A stretch of 64,000 nucleotides of DNA from Nitrososphaerota archaeon (GTDB lineage Archaea > Thermoproteota > Nitrososphaeria > Nitrososphaerales > Gagatemarchaeaceae). The notes under the pieces are model-generated. The model saw only the letters and a program-made list of their open reading frames with translations, did no database searches and was not told where the DNA came from. A program made the position numbers and the translations under genes. Shown in pieces: positions 53,682 through 62,830 of the stretch; position 1 is the first letter of the stretch, and each line of letters begins with the position of its first letter. The stretch is from positions 134,723 through 198,722 of the forward strand of contig JAPCJH010000002.1 in assembly GCA_027887045.1 (NCBI GenBank), written 5' to 3'.

Positions 53682-55259
53682 ACGTCCTGCCGACGTCAAT
53701 GCCTGCTTCAAAGTAAGCGACAGGACGAGCGCGTAACCCGAGAGGTAAATCACGAGTATAGGGATTATGCCGATGTTGTTGCTCAGAAACGCATTGATTA
53801 TGGCGAGACAAGCAAGCGCGACCCCGCCCGCCTCAAACACCGAGGTCATGTTGAGCGGAAGCTGATATTTCTTCTCACGCCACGTCTCGGTCGTACTCGT
53901 GATCGCGTACTTCGGCGTGCGCATGAACGTCCCAGTGTTTTTCGAAAAGAGGCCTGAGAGAGCTTGCACCGAATTGCTGATGCTTATCCCATACCCGAGC
54001 ACGACCAGTAGAAGAATTTCCTTGGTGTTCTCAAGCAACCCGAGCTTCTGAACACGTATGGCTTCAACGCAGTAGTAGAGGACGGCCACTGTAGAGAGTG
54101 CGATCAGGACCGAAAAAACTGCCCAAGGTGCTACTTGGACCGAAACGAAGACCAGGCTCGGCAGCGTCAGGACCGCGAGAAGGCTTTGACCGGAGACCAA
54201 AGATGGAATGGAGACGTTTACAGCGTAGCGTATCACGTCAATGTCTAAGAAGGTCGTAGCAACCGCGAGCAGGAACGAGGCGACCATCAGAGGGTGCACG
54301 AGATAGTAGGTCAGGTGAACGCCCGCCTCTATTTTTTGTCCAAAGGTGAGCTTGTCTGATCGGCGGATTGGACCAAGTAGTTTCTTAGCTGTCTGGACGG
54401 AACCTCGCGCCCAGCGCCCTTGTTGCCTCTTCAGGCCCGCTATGGTAGGCGGGAGTTCCCCCGGTACCTCCAGGTCGTTCATGTAGACCCCCTTGTAGCC
54501 AGCAAGCTGCATCCGGTAACTCAAGTCCAGGTCCTCGGCAAGGGTATCAGAGTTCCATCCGCCCGCTCTGCGGATCGCCTGAGTTCGTAGAACCCCGGCA
54601 CTTCCGTTGAAGTTCATCAGGTACCCGCTCCCGTTCCTGCCCTGCTGTTCGATCAGGAAGTGTGCATCGATGCCGATCGCCATGGACTCCGTGATGAGGT
54701 TGTATCCCCTGTCGAGATATCCCCACCTGCTCTGCACGAACCCGACTGAGTTGTCTTCCTGCAAGTGCGGCAAAGCGCGGTCTAGGAAGTCGGCCGGGGG
54801 GACGAAGTCTGCATCGAGAACCGCGACGTATTCTGCTTCCGTCTGCTCCAGAGCGCTCTGAAGCGCTCCGGCCTTGAATCCGGTCCGGCTCCCCCGCCTG
54901 ATTACTCTAAACGTGAAACCAGCCGCGGTGAATTTCTCGACGAGGCCGTCGATCTTCGCGCTCGTCTCGTCCGTTGAGTCGTCGATTACGTAGATCGAAA
55001 CCAGTTCCTTGCCGTAATGGTTCGCCATTTTGACGCAGGAATCGAGAAGTCTCGGAACGACGTAGAGCTCGTTGTAGATCGGAAGGTGAACGGCGACGCT
55101 CGGACGCGTAAGCAGTTGACCACAAGCGAGGGGACTGTATCCTTTTGCTCTCATGGTGAGATGAACTGTATTGAGCCCGTAGACGACGAAGGCCATGCTG
55201 AGGGACACTGAGACAGCGAGGAAAATGTTTGCGGCCGGGAAGGTTAGGAAGTAAGACAA
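53670..55259 (-). CDS. Processive glycosyltransferase family 2 (cellulose/chitin/hyaluronan-synthase-like)
   Basis: IYVIDDSTDETS (DxD), VAVLDADFVPPADFL, TESMAIGIDAHF..., QQGRWARG (QxxRW). N- and C-terminal TM bundles. 529 aa. Confidence 0.8.
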   Translation of the reverse strand: MSYFLTFPAANIFLAVSVSLSMAFVVYGLNTVHLTMRAKGYSPLACGQLLTRPSVAVHLPIYNELYVVPRLLDSCVKMANHYGKELVSIYVIDDSTDETSAKIDGLVEKFTAAGFTFRVIRRGSRTGFKAGALQSALEQTEAEYVAVLDADFVPPADFLDRALPHLQEDNSVGFVQSRWGYLDRGYNLITESMAIGIDAHFLIEQQGRNGSGYLMNFNGSAGVLRTQAIRRAGGWNSDTLAEDLDLSYRMQLAGYKGVYMNDLEVPGELPPTIAGLKRQQGRWARGSVQTAKKLLGPIRRSDKLTFGQKIEAGVHLTYYLVHPLMVASFLLAVATTFLDIDVIRYAVNVSIPSLVSGQSLLAVLTLPSLVFVSVQVAPWAVFSVLIALSTVAVLYYCVEAIRVQKLGLLENTKEILLLVVLGYGISISNSVQALSGLFSKNTGTFMRTPKYAITSTTETWREKKYQLPLNMTSVFEAGGVALACLAIINAFLSNNIGIIPILVIYLSGYALVLSLTLKQALTSAGRSDN

Positions 55260-55311
55260 CGCACTTCACTCTAACTGGTTCGACCACACAATTTCATTGG
55301 GCGTATAAAGT

Positions 55312-56307
55312 CTACGCGACCATATTTGTCGAGCTATTATTTGCTGTCCCGTTTTTGTTTGGTGGTTTAGCGGGGCTTGAAATTGTCGCGAGCTGCGAGT
55401 ACGCTTGCCTCAACTCCGCGTACCTAACAGACTCTAAAATCAGATGATCGTCCGCTGCGAGAATGCGAAATCGCGCGGTGTTGTTCCCCTGTTCCGAGAG
55501 CCTCCTGTTCAGGAACCTTGACTTCAATGTTATGAACCTACCCACGAGAACGAACAATAGTCTATTCAGGACCTTTCTGGTCCAGTGTGCTTCCCCCTCC
55601 CAAATTCCTCCCTCCTCCGGGTTAGTCATCTTTGAGGCGTAGAGAGTGGGAAAATATGCAGACATCCAGTATGCTCTCCTCAAAAGGTCGCGGTAGACGT
55701 TTTCCCCCTCCAGAACGACAGCTTCGAGCGCGTCTCGCGCGAATAGCATGTCCTGTTTCTCCCGGAACATCGAGACAGCCAACTTCGCGTCCATCACGTA
55801 GCTCAAACATGGTCGCGGAGAACCTCGGCGGACGAGGCCTGAGATACGAGCGATCAACAACGACTTGACGAGGAATATCCAGACAGCCTGAGTCTGGGTG
55901 ACGCAGAACAGGTCGAGGTCTTCTGACTTGCCCGCTGAGCGATACGCCGTTGAGCCGCTCACAGCGAGCGCCAAGAGATTCCTGGAGCTAAGCAGACCAA
56001 CGAATCGTTGTGAGTTGACAAGGTTGGAAGTCGCCCGCCTACGATTCTTCACTTCGTTCGAAACGGTGTCGTCTTTCCCGTCACGACCAATCTTTTCGGT
56101 CAGGTACCCGGACTTTACCTCGTATCTGGAGCTCAAAGCCGTGCTCGATTCGATCGCCTCCTCGAGTTCTCGTTCGGTGCTCTGTTCCGGTAGAAGCGGG
56201 AGGACCTCGGGTAGGGTCATCAATGAACCGTTTGACTTCGCGATTTCGTAAAGGATGCTGACTCGTTGAGCGCTCTCACGCGAGAGGGTCAAGAGTATCT
56301 CCTCCAA
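55312..56307 (-). CDS. Nucleotidyltransferase-domain (Pol-beta superfamily) protein, putative
   Basis: LALAVSGSTAYRSAGKSEDLDLFCVT matches the GS-x9-13-DhD NTase signature. The rest is alpha-helical and unassigned. Confidence 0.45.
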   Translation of the reverse strand: MEEILLTLSRESAQRVSILYEIAKSNGSLMTLPEVLPLLPEQSTERELEEAIESSTALSSRYEVKSGYLTEKIGRDGKDDTVSNEVKNRRRATSNLVNSQRFVGLLSSRNLLALAVSGSTAYRSAGKSEDLDLFCVTQTQAVWIFLVKSLLIARISGLVRRGSPRPCLSYVMDAKLAVSMFREKQDMLFARDALEAVVLEGENVYRDLLRRAYWMSAYFPTLYASKMTNPEEGGIWEGEAHWTRKVLNRLLFVLVGRFITLKSRFLNRRLSEQGNNTARFRILAADDHLILESVRYAELRQAYSQLATISSPAKPPNKNGTANNSSTNMVA

Positions 56308-57263
56308 ACAATATGACGAGTCGTGGAGCTGAGGCTATCCCAAATCGCGAGAATAGCGGCAGGCGTCTCCGTGACCATCGCGAGCGGGAGCAGAGTGAGA
56401 AACCTTGGGTGTCGGGCGATGGTCTTCACGAAAAGCCTGAAACCAGTCCGGGGCGCGAGGACGAGTAGCAATTCTATCGTTTTCGGTGCCATCCCAACTT
56501 TTTGCCAAACTTGCACGTGACCGAAGAGTATCCGCCGCCTTTGTCGAATGGTATCAATGATTCTGCTCGGAGTTTGGATCTGGACTCGGGCTGGCGCGCA
56601 GAACTTGACGGAATAGCCGAGCTTTCGTGCGGTGCCCGCGAGGTACGCCCCATCATTGACGAGCCCGTTGGGGAGTCTCCGTACCGCGGAGGATCTGAAT
56701 GCGACCAGTTCGTCGCTGGTGTGGTTAGAGAGGTTCAAGTGGTTCAGCTCCAGGGAGGATTCGTTGTGTGTGGTCCACATGAGCTCTACCAGGCGCGAGG
56801 TCGAGTCTCTTCCTGCTGGGAAGACGGGCTGCGCTGAAACCGCTCCTACACACGAATCCGAACGGAGCGTTGTCAGGAGTTTGTCGATCGCTCCAGGCTC
56901 TGGGACGGCATCCCCGTTGACAAAGACGACGAATTCGCCCTGAGAGTTCTCCAGAATCTTGTTGATCGCTTCTGCCTTCCCGTGCCTGGCGCTCTCCGCG
57001 ATTATCATGAACCTGTTATCCCGGTTCGCTAGGTCTCTCAGCCTTGCTGTGAGTCGTGGAGGGCAGGCACTGGCCACTATGATTATCTTGTTGAGGCGCA
57101 ACCCCGATGCGCGGGCGCTGGAAGTAACAATGCCAAAAAGCGCTTCAAAGTTCTTGATGTCTCCCGTCGCGCAGATCCCCACGGAGAATCCACGATCAGA
57201 TGCAGCGCCGGTTCGGAACTCGTGCGTGTCCCGTTCAGTCTCTCGGGTAGCGACGTCCATCAA
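56289..57263 (-). CDS. Glycosyltransferase family 2
   Basis: FSVGICATGDIKNFEALFGIV..., FMIIAESARHGKAEAIN, FVVFVNGDAVPEPGAIDKLL (DxD-like). Confidence 0.7.
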   Translation of the reverse strand: MMDVATRETERDTHEFRTGAASDRGFSVGICATGDIKNFEALFGIVTSSARASGLRLNKIIIVASACPPRLTARLRDLANRDNRFMIIAESARHGKAEAINKILENSQGEFVVFVNGDAVPEPGAIDKLLTTLRSDSCVGAVSAQPVFPAGRDSTSRLVELMWTTHNESSLELNHLNLSNHTSDELVAFRSSAVRRLPNGLVNDGAYLAGTARKLGYSVKFCAPARVQIQTPSRIIDTIRQRRRILFGHVQVWQKVGMAPKTIELLLVLAPRTGFRLFVKTIARHPRFLTLLPLAMVTETPAAILAIWDSLSSTTRHIVWRRYS

Positions 57264-57541
57264 AGAGTTATCCTCGCAAGAACCAGTAGTCCGGCCAACT
57301 CCAGTCCAGCTACGAGAGCCATGAACGGGTAAGCCCCATCGCTGAAAAACTCGGCAAGCGTGTAGTATCCGAAAGCAGTGGAGGCGGTCTGAACGAAGAA
57401 GAGCAGAGAGAAAACAACTAGTCCAACGGAATAGGCGGCTCTTGTCCGGAGGGCAATCTTCCCATAAATGAAGAGAAGGACAAGGGCGATCCCCGCGTTT
57501 AACGCGGAGAATATTATCGCCATTTCGAGCATAGGAGACAT
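57260..57541 (-). CDS. Small membrane protein
   Basis: 93 aa with three hydrophobic helices. Stop/start overlap with the GT2 gene. Confidence 0.3.
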   Translation of the reverse strand: MSPMLEMAIIFSALNAGIALVLLFIYGKIALRTRAAYSVGLVVFSLLFFVQTASTAFGYYTLAEFFSDGAYPFMALVAGLELAGLLVLARITL

Positions 57542-57622
57542 GATGTTGCGTGACTCAGAAGCGAAAGTGCGGCTTGAGAGTTTAAGCGTTTTTCAAAATC
57601 TCTTCCAATTCATAAATACCGA

Positions 57623-57943
57623 TTGCCGTCAAAGACGAACGTGTCGGACGACCCCGAATTTCGGCGGCTCCTGTGGTACATGCTCGGAGGGTCGAGAGGT
57701 GGGTGGAACAGGGCGAGAATACTACACGCGCTTCGGAACCAGCCCACCAATATGAATCAACTCGCGGAGAAACTCGGCCTCGAGTACCGTGCGGTGAAGC
57801 ATCACGTAGACATCCTCGTAAAAAACTCACTCGTGATTTCTCGCGGCGAGCACTACGGGATGATGTACTTCCTCAGTCCGTGGCTGGACGCGCATTTCCA
57901 AATGTTCGAGGAAATCTGCGCGAAGCTGAACTTCGAACTCTAG
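57623..57943 (+). CDS. ArsR/winged-helix transcriptional regulator
   Basis: RARILHALRNQPTNMNQLAEKLGLEYRAVKHHVDILVKNSLVISRGE is HTH plus wing. Confidence 0.6.
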   Translation: MPSKTNVSDDPEFRRLLWYMLGGSRGGWNRARILHALRNQPTNMNQLAEKLGLEYRAVKHHVDILVKNSLVISRGEHYGMMYFLSPWLDAHFQMFEEICAKLNFEL

Positions 57944-58029
57944 CAAGAGATCTAGCTGGGGCTCGGGTTCCAAACATTTTGCGATCGTGCTTGAAGAAAA
58001 CATGGTTAATAGGGGAATTCGGATGAAGC

Positions 58030-58362
58030 TTGAACATGACACAGACCAATGCGATCATCCTGCGATTCCGTGAAGAACAGGCAGACAACTTCGAAGCCCT
58101 CTTCAAGAAGGAGGTCCTTCCCCTTTGGCACAAATTCAAGGCCGAAGGGATAATCGTGTCTGCATCGTTGACCCCCGCGAATGATGGAAATCAGGGGAGG
58201 AAAGGAGTTCGCGACTACATCCTTCATGTCGAAGTGCCTAGCATGGCCGAGCATTCAAAATTCGATTCTAATCCATCTTTCCTGAAGTTCCTGCCGAAGG
58301 CTCAGGCGATGCAGCCGGAAGAGCCACTAGTGTGGCTAGGGGACACCCTGTTTCAAGTTTGA
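58030..58362 (+). CDS. Hypothetical protein
   Basis: 110 aa with no recognised motif. 3' end overlaps the next ORF. Confidence 0.3.
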   Translation: MNMTQTNAIILRFREEQADNFEALFKKEVLPLWHKFKAEGIIVSASLTPANDGNQGRKGVRDYILHVEVPSMAEHSKFDSNPSFLKFLPKAQAMQPEEPLVWLGDTLFQV

Positions 58363-58949
58363 CCAGCGTCCAGAAGCTACCCGAAGTAGCTAAAGCGAAA
58401 GACACGTCGAAGCGAGAAATCAAAGTCTACAGGTTGTTCTATCCACAGATTGCAGTGATCATAGCTTCTGGAACGAAAGATCGGGTCGAGGCCGTTGCCA
58501 TCAATTCGGTAATCTCTGGCTCATCCCACCCGGCTCGGGTCGTGTTCGCCATGAAAAAGGAAGCAGCTATTCTGCCAATCGTTCGAGAGCGCAGAAGTTT
58601 CTCCGTGAATTGGATGGACTCAAGGTTCGTGAAATCGGTAGACTTCCTTGGGTTCCAACGTGAGGGGAACCCCAAAGACAAGATTAAGGCTGCCGGCCTG
58701 ACCTGGCTGCCAGGAAATACGACCGGTACGCCGATGGTGTCCGAAGCTGCGGCAACACTCGAGTGCTCACTCGATCAAGTATTCCCACTAGACGATAGCG
58801 ACCTTGTAGTGGGAAGAGTCGTATCGACCAGAGCTAGCGGGGATTTTTCAGAATACTGGCGGTTCAAGACTTACAAACCCCTAATTTATTTCGGCGCAGC
58901 CCCCGGCAAGAAAGTGGGAAGATACGTCTTGTTCCCATACCGAAGATGA
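58332..58949 (+). CDS. Flavin-reductase-like (FMN-binding split-barrel) protein
   Basis: VYRLFYPQIAVIIASGTKDRVEAVAINSVISGSSHPARVVFAMKKEAAI...GRVVSTRASGDF. The start is probably downstream of the track start. Confidence 0.55.
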   Translation: MARGHPVSSLTSVQKLPEVAKAKDTSKREIKVYRLFYPQIAVIIASGTKDRVEAVAINSVISGSSHPARVVFAMKKEAAILPIVRERRSFSVNWMDSRFVKSVDFLGFQREGNPKDKIKAAGLTWLPGNTTGTPMVSEAAATLECSLDQVFPLDDSDLVVGRVVSTRASGDFSEYWRFKTYKPLIYFGAAPGKKVGRYVLFPYRR

Positions 58950-59061
58950 GGCCATTGCTTGGCTTGAGAAGGCATTCAGTCAGCATTCCGCCGATCTACC
59001 GCATCTTGGACACGACCCAATGGTCGGCGACATATTGGGTAGCGATCAAAGGTACATCCAA

Positions 59062-59727
59062 CTAATGGGGAGAGTTGGCCTCAAACTTGCTGCTGGACGG
59101 GAGGAACGAGAACGCCATCAGAAGTAGGAATTTCGTGCCGCGGTTGACGATGTATACCTGCGTGTAAGACAGATTCAAATGAAGAAGCGCGAGATGAAAC
59201 CCGTTTAGGTTGAAGATTTGAGGAAAACCTACGGCAACCCAGAAGATCCATGCCGCTGCAAACATGAATACGAAGACCTTACTTAATTTGGAAAATGAGT
59301 ACGCCCCGTACGCGAAACCTACAAGAACCATTAGCGAGACCCCAATTTGAATTATCAAATCCCTGATTTCAGGAGGAGGGATTACGAACGGACTGACGTA
59401 GAAGGAGTATTTGTAAATGGCCTCGTAGGTGTACACGAACGAAATCGTCGTGGCCAAGGCGAGCACGAATGCCTGCAGGTCAGTGGCTTGTCTCGTTCTC
59501 GATACTACTCTCAACCAAAGCACCCCGATCATGGTAAGAGTAGTCGAATCGATATAGTTCAGAACGCCGATGTACAAGTTTCCCGTTGCGATTTCATACA
59601 CCGAATAGAGGATCGCGAGTATCGCAATCAGCGATGAAAAGCCCGTCAGAGGCTTTCCGGTCAAATCTCGCAGGAAAGTCCTCAACTTTCGAGCCATAAC
59701 TCGATCACTGCTTCGCACGAAAATCAT
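59062..59727 (-). CDS. Hypothetical integral membrane protein
   Basis: 221 aa with 6-7 hydrophobic helices. Confidence 0.4.
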   Translation of the reverse strand: MIFVRSSDRVMARKLRTFLRDLTGKPLTGFSSLIAILAILYSVYEIATGNLYIGVLNYIDSTTLTMIGVLWLRVVSRTRQATDLQAFVLALATTISFVYTYEAIYKYSFYVSPFVIPPPEIRDLIIQIGVSLMVLVGFAYGAYSFSKLSKVFVFMFAAAWIFWVAVGFPQIFNLNGFHLALLHLNLSYTQVYIVNRGTKFLLLMAFSFLPSSSKFEANSPH

Positions 59728-59766
59728 TCGACAATATTAAACCAACGAATTTTATTCGTTGTCTCG

Positions 59767-59854
59767 TGGTGCGGGGGGTGGGATTCGAACCCACGAACCC
59801 CTAAGGGATGGGAGCCTCAGTCCCACGCCGTTGACCAGGCTGGGCGACCCCCGC
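59767..59854 (-). tRNA. tRNA-Leu (anticodon GAG), class II with long variable arm, CCA encoded
   Basis: GCGGGGG-TC-GCCCAGCCTGGTCAACGGCG-TGGGA-CTGAGGC-TCCCA-TCCCTTAGGGGTTC-GTGGG-TTCGAAT-CCCAC-CCCCCGC-A-CCA. Confidence 0.85.
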
Positions 59855-59940
59855 GCAAAGCTGGCCGAGCTTTTCAATTCTAAAAACTCTTCCGAAAAGG
59901 AACAAGGATTTAACAGCGGGGTCATTCGGGTCTCAATTGT

Positions 59941-60014
59941 GCCGGCGTAGCTCAGCCTGGCAGAGCACACGCCTCGTAAGCGTGGGGTCCCGTGTTCAAC
60001 TCACGGCGCCGGCT
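59941..60014 (+). tRNA. tRNA-Thr (anticodon CGU)
   Basis: GCCGGCG-TA-GCTCAGCCTGGCAGAGC-A-CACGC-CTCGTAA-GCGTG-GGGTC-CCGTG-TTCAACT-CACGG-CGCCGGC-T. Confidence 0.85.
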
Positions 60015-60016
60015 GT

Positions 60017-61046
60017 TTATGCCCTCTCCAGAAACTTGTAGCGTATCGTTTTGAGTTTTACATAAGTATCGTCTTCTGAAAGTATTCTGTCTCTTATCGT
60101 TCTCTCGTCTAATCCTTCTTTGATCATTCGGCGGACTTTCGTTTCGAGCCATTCCGGCCACCTTCTTTGATAGACCCTCGCATTTGCGAGCTTTGTCAAC
60201 AAGCGACCTCGGTGTGTTTGCAATTCAGGGTTGAAAATTTGCAATCCCAAGGCATCTCTGATTGTGATACTGACATATCCAACCCCTCCTGACCGATAAG
60301 CAAGGGCATGAATCCCCAAGGAATTGTAGGTCCGAGATTAGCGCGCTATTTGGACTGGTAGTAATAACAACAGCTCCGTTTCTGATATTGACGCCCCCGT
60401 CTGAATCTGCAATGCCACGAAGGAACCAGATACGGGACTGAGGATTGGCTGTAAGGAGCCAGCTCATCCTAACTGGGTGGTATGACGTCAGTTCTTCCTA
60501 GCGGAGTCCTAGACATGTCGAATGGAACCAAGCAAACACAGGCGAATAGTAGGACAGCCATCTGTATAGCCCGTGGAAATCACGTTTTCTGATGGGCCCG
60601 TCCGCGATTCTCCGGCATGGGACGCCGAGCATCAGCACACAACCCTTGACGAAATTGCCGAGAGCCAAGTTCTCCTTATACTTGCGGCTAAGGTCAAGTT
60701 GAAACCGCGCCCATAGTTGCCTCGGATGGAAATTCCTCCCAGCATCACCCACCAGCCAGCCCATGAGATAGTACATCATGTACGAGAACTTCTCATTATC
60801 ATTTTCGAGGCCAGAAAGGCTCTTGCGAATTTGGATTACTGACCCTTCAAATTCGAGGGGAGAACTGATTTCCTTGGGGAGAGCCAGATCAGACATAGCT
60901 TCCGCAGTTGAAGCCGAACCGGGTCTTTTCACCTGATCCCTGCCTACAGTTGAGTTCGAAGGCTGACATATGAACGTCCTTGGCCTTTGGAGTGCAGTAA
61001 ATGGGGAAGTGGTTGAAAGTAAGCGAAGCCCTCCGCCGGCTCTCAC
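60017..61046 (-). pseudogene. Free-standing LAGLIDADG homing endonuclease gene disrupted by frameshifts (three consecutive ORF fragments)
   Basis: Fragment 60498..61046 carries ...MMYYLMGWLVGDAGRNF (LAGLIDADG motif 1). Fragment 60225..60467 carries ...WFLRGIADSDGGVNIRNGAVVITTSPNSALISDLQFL (motif 2). Fragment 60017..60319 is the C-terminal tail. They lie in different frames, head to tail, starting 3 nt after tRNA-Thr. Confidence 0.5.
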
Positions 61047-61126
61047 AACCTAATTCCAGAAAATTGGCTTCCATTGCGAAATTGGGAAGTCGCACCAGGA
61101 CGAGCGCGAATCATCGCTTTAGCTGC

Positions 61127-62242
61127 TCAGATGGTAATCGTAAGACCCAACAATTGTGATACCGGCTTGGATAGATCTCCCAGAATTCTCAGCCTCTCCT
61201 GAATGAATCTGAGATTCAGCTCACCCGTTGGCGTGCTGGATTCTTGGCTGGCAGAAAGACCCTTGACGAGAGTCCTGTAATCGGGTCCAATTATTTTGAA
61301 GACGCTTTGCAGTAGGTCGTAACAGTGGAGCGTTTGAAGAAGATCCTCGTCGCCTGACGTGAGCTTCAAAAGAGAGATCTTGTTGTTCTTGAGCTCAGCA
61401 ATTTCTGACATCAACTCATTCATGACCAGCTTTATCGTTTCAATGTCCACGAAAGCGCTCAGGTTGGGGTCGTTCATCACATTCACCGTTTGAGTCTTGT
61501 CGCGGTATTCGATCCCCACGAATCCCTGTCCCCCCGAACCCGCGTAAACTATCCTGAACTCGGTGTCGCCATCTGGTTTTCGGAAAGTTGTCAATATTTT
61601 CCCGTTGGACCATTCCGCGTCGGTGAGAACATACTGGTCCAATCTCTCAAAACCCGGAACCCGTTCCTTCTTCAGAAGAGTCCTCCCCAACCTGACGGGT
61701 ATCTTCACCTCGTGGCCGAGCTGAGAGACGTTGAGCCCCTCATGAAAGAGCTTTGAGTTCTGAAGGGCCAGGGCGAATTCGTATTTCACGCCGCCTTCAC
61801 ACTCGTAACTCATTTGAGCCACGTACGAGCCCTCAACTAGCTTGACCCTTACAACGTTATCGAGAACGGGTAGAGGGTCTGATGCTAGGTACGCCTCGAG
61901 GCTCATGACTGCCTTCGCCCTCTCGCTGGACGCAGTTTCGACGTACTCCGCGATTTGGGTCTTCGCCTTTTTCTCTAGCTTCGATTTGGCCTGGTCGACC
62001 GCGGCCGAAGCGAAATCCGTGAGTTTCCTCGCGAGATCTCTGAGGGGTTCCTCAGCTTCGTCCTTCATCGGCAAGAGAATCCTTGAGATTTCGTCTATCT
62101 TGCTTTGGAGTTCTTCCCGGTCCTTCTCGAGTTGGCGGTCGGTGTTCTTCGCGTCTTCTTCGAGGTCTTGGGCATGCTTGCTATACCAAACTGCGTCAAA
62201 TAGGTGTGTGACCGTCTGCTTGAGGGAAACGAGTTCCGTCAT
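61127..62242 (-). CDS. Hypothetical protein with N-terminal coiled coil
   Basis: 371 aa. N-terminal 130 aa is heptad-like (DLEEDAKNTDRQLEKDREELQSKIDEISRILL...). No enzyme motif. Confidence 0.4.
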   Translation of the reverse strand: MTELVSLKQTVTHLFDAVWYSKHAQDLEEDAKNTDRQLEKDREELQSKIDEISRILLPMKDEAEEPLRDLARKLTDFASAAVDQAKSKLEKKAKTQIAEYVETASSERAKAVMSLEAYLASDPLPVLDNVVRVKLVEGSYVAQMSYECEGGVKYEFALALQNSKLFHEGLNVSQLGHEVKIPVRLGRTLLKKERVPGFERLDQYVLTDAEWSNGKILTTFRKPDGDTEFRIVYAGSGGQGFVGIEYRDKTQTVNVMNDPNLSAFVDIETIKLVMNELMSEIAELKNNKISLLKLTSGDEDLLQTLHCYDLLQSVFKIIGPDYRTLVKGLSASQESSTPTGELNLRFIQERLRILGDLSKPVSQLLGLTITI

Positions 62243-62347
62243 GTGGGAATCGGATAAAACCTCCCTGCGCCTTTAACTCTTTTCCCGCATTTTGAGACGG
62301 CAAGCGAACCGAGAAATAGGCGGTCACCGCAGCGGAATCCCGCACCC

Positions 62348-62830
62348 TTGAGTGCGAATGAAACGCGTAGGGACGAGCTACTGGAGGAGCTGGGCCTCGA
62401 CATGAAAGCGTTGGTCCTGCTTCACCAAGCTGAGACCGACCTTCGCCTCAGAATCCAGGACAAACTTCTTGATTCCCATGACGAGCAGATTAGAAGGTTT
62501 GTTGATCTGCTTCAGCGGCGAAAGAAGCCCCCTGCTGCAAGGTCGTTCGCGATGGCCATCGGCGAGCTGATACTCGCTTCGTTTCTGCTGCTCGCAGGCA
62601 CGGTCGCTATTATGCCGACTCTTATCGGGGTGAATACCCCGCAGGCTCTTGTTGACTATTTTGCTCAGACGGTTTATTCCTCTCTCGGCCGATCACCATT
62701 CGCTCAGTATACGTCTCTCATAGAATTCGCTTTTTCGTTGCTCTTACTGTTGGCGGCGTTCTACACTCTCCGCCAGGCAGCAAAAGACCTCAAGGAGATG
62801 GGTCTGGCTGTGGAAACTCGTGAGGGCTAG
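62348..62830 (+). CDS. Small membrane protein
   Basis: 160 aa with three hydrophobic helices after a charged N-terminal region. Confidence 0.35.
   Translation: MSANETRRDELLEELGLDMKALVLLHQAETDLRLRIQDKLLDSHDEQIRRFVDLLQRRKKPPAARSFAMAIGELILASFLLLAGTVAIMPTLIGVNTPQALVDYFAQTVYSSLGRSPFAQYTSLIEFAFSLLLLLAAFYTLRQAAKDLKEMGLAVETREG

Noticed and set aside
59752-59970. ORFs 59759..59950(+) and 59752..59970(-) over the tRNA pair
   Set aside because: They lie entirely within tRNA-Leu, tRNA-Thr and their short spacer, so they are not coding.
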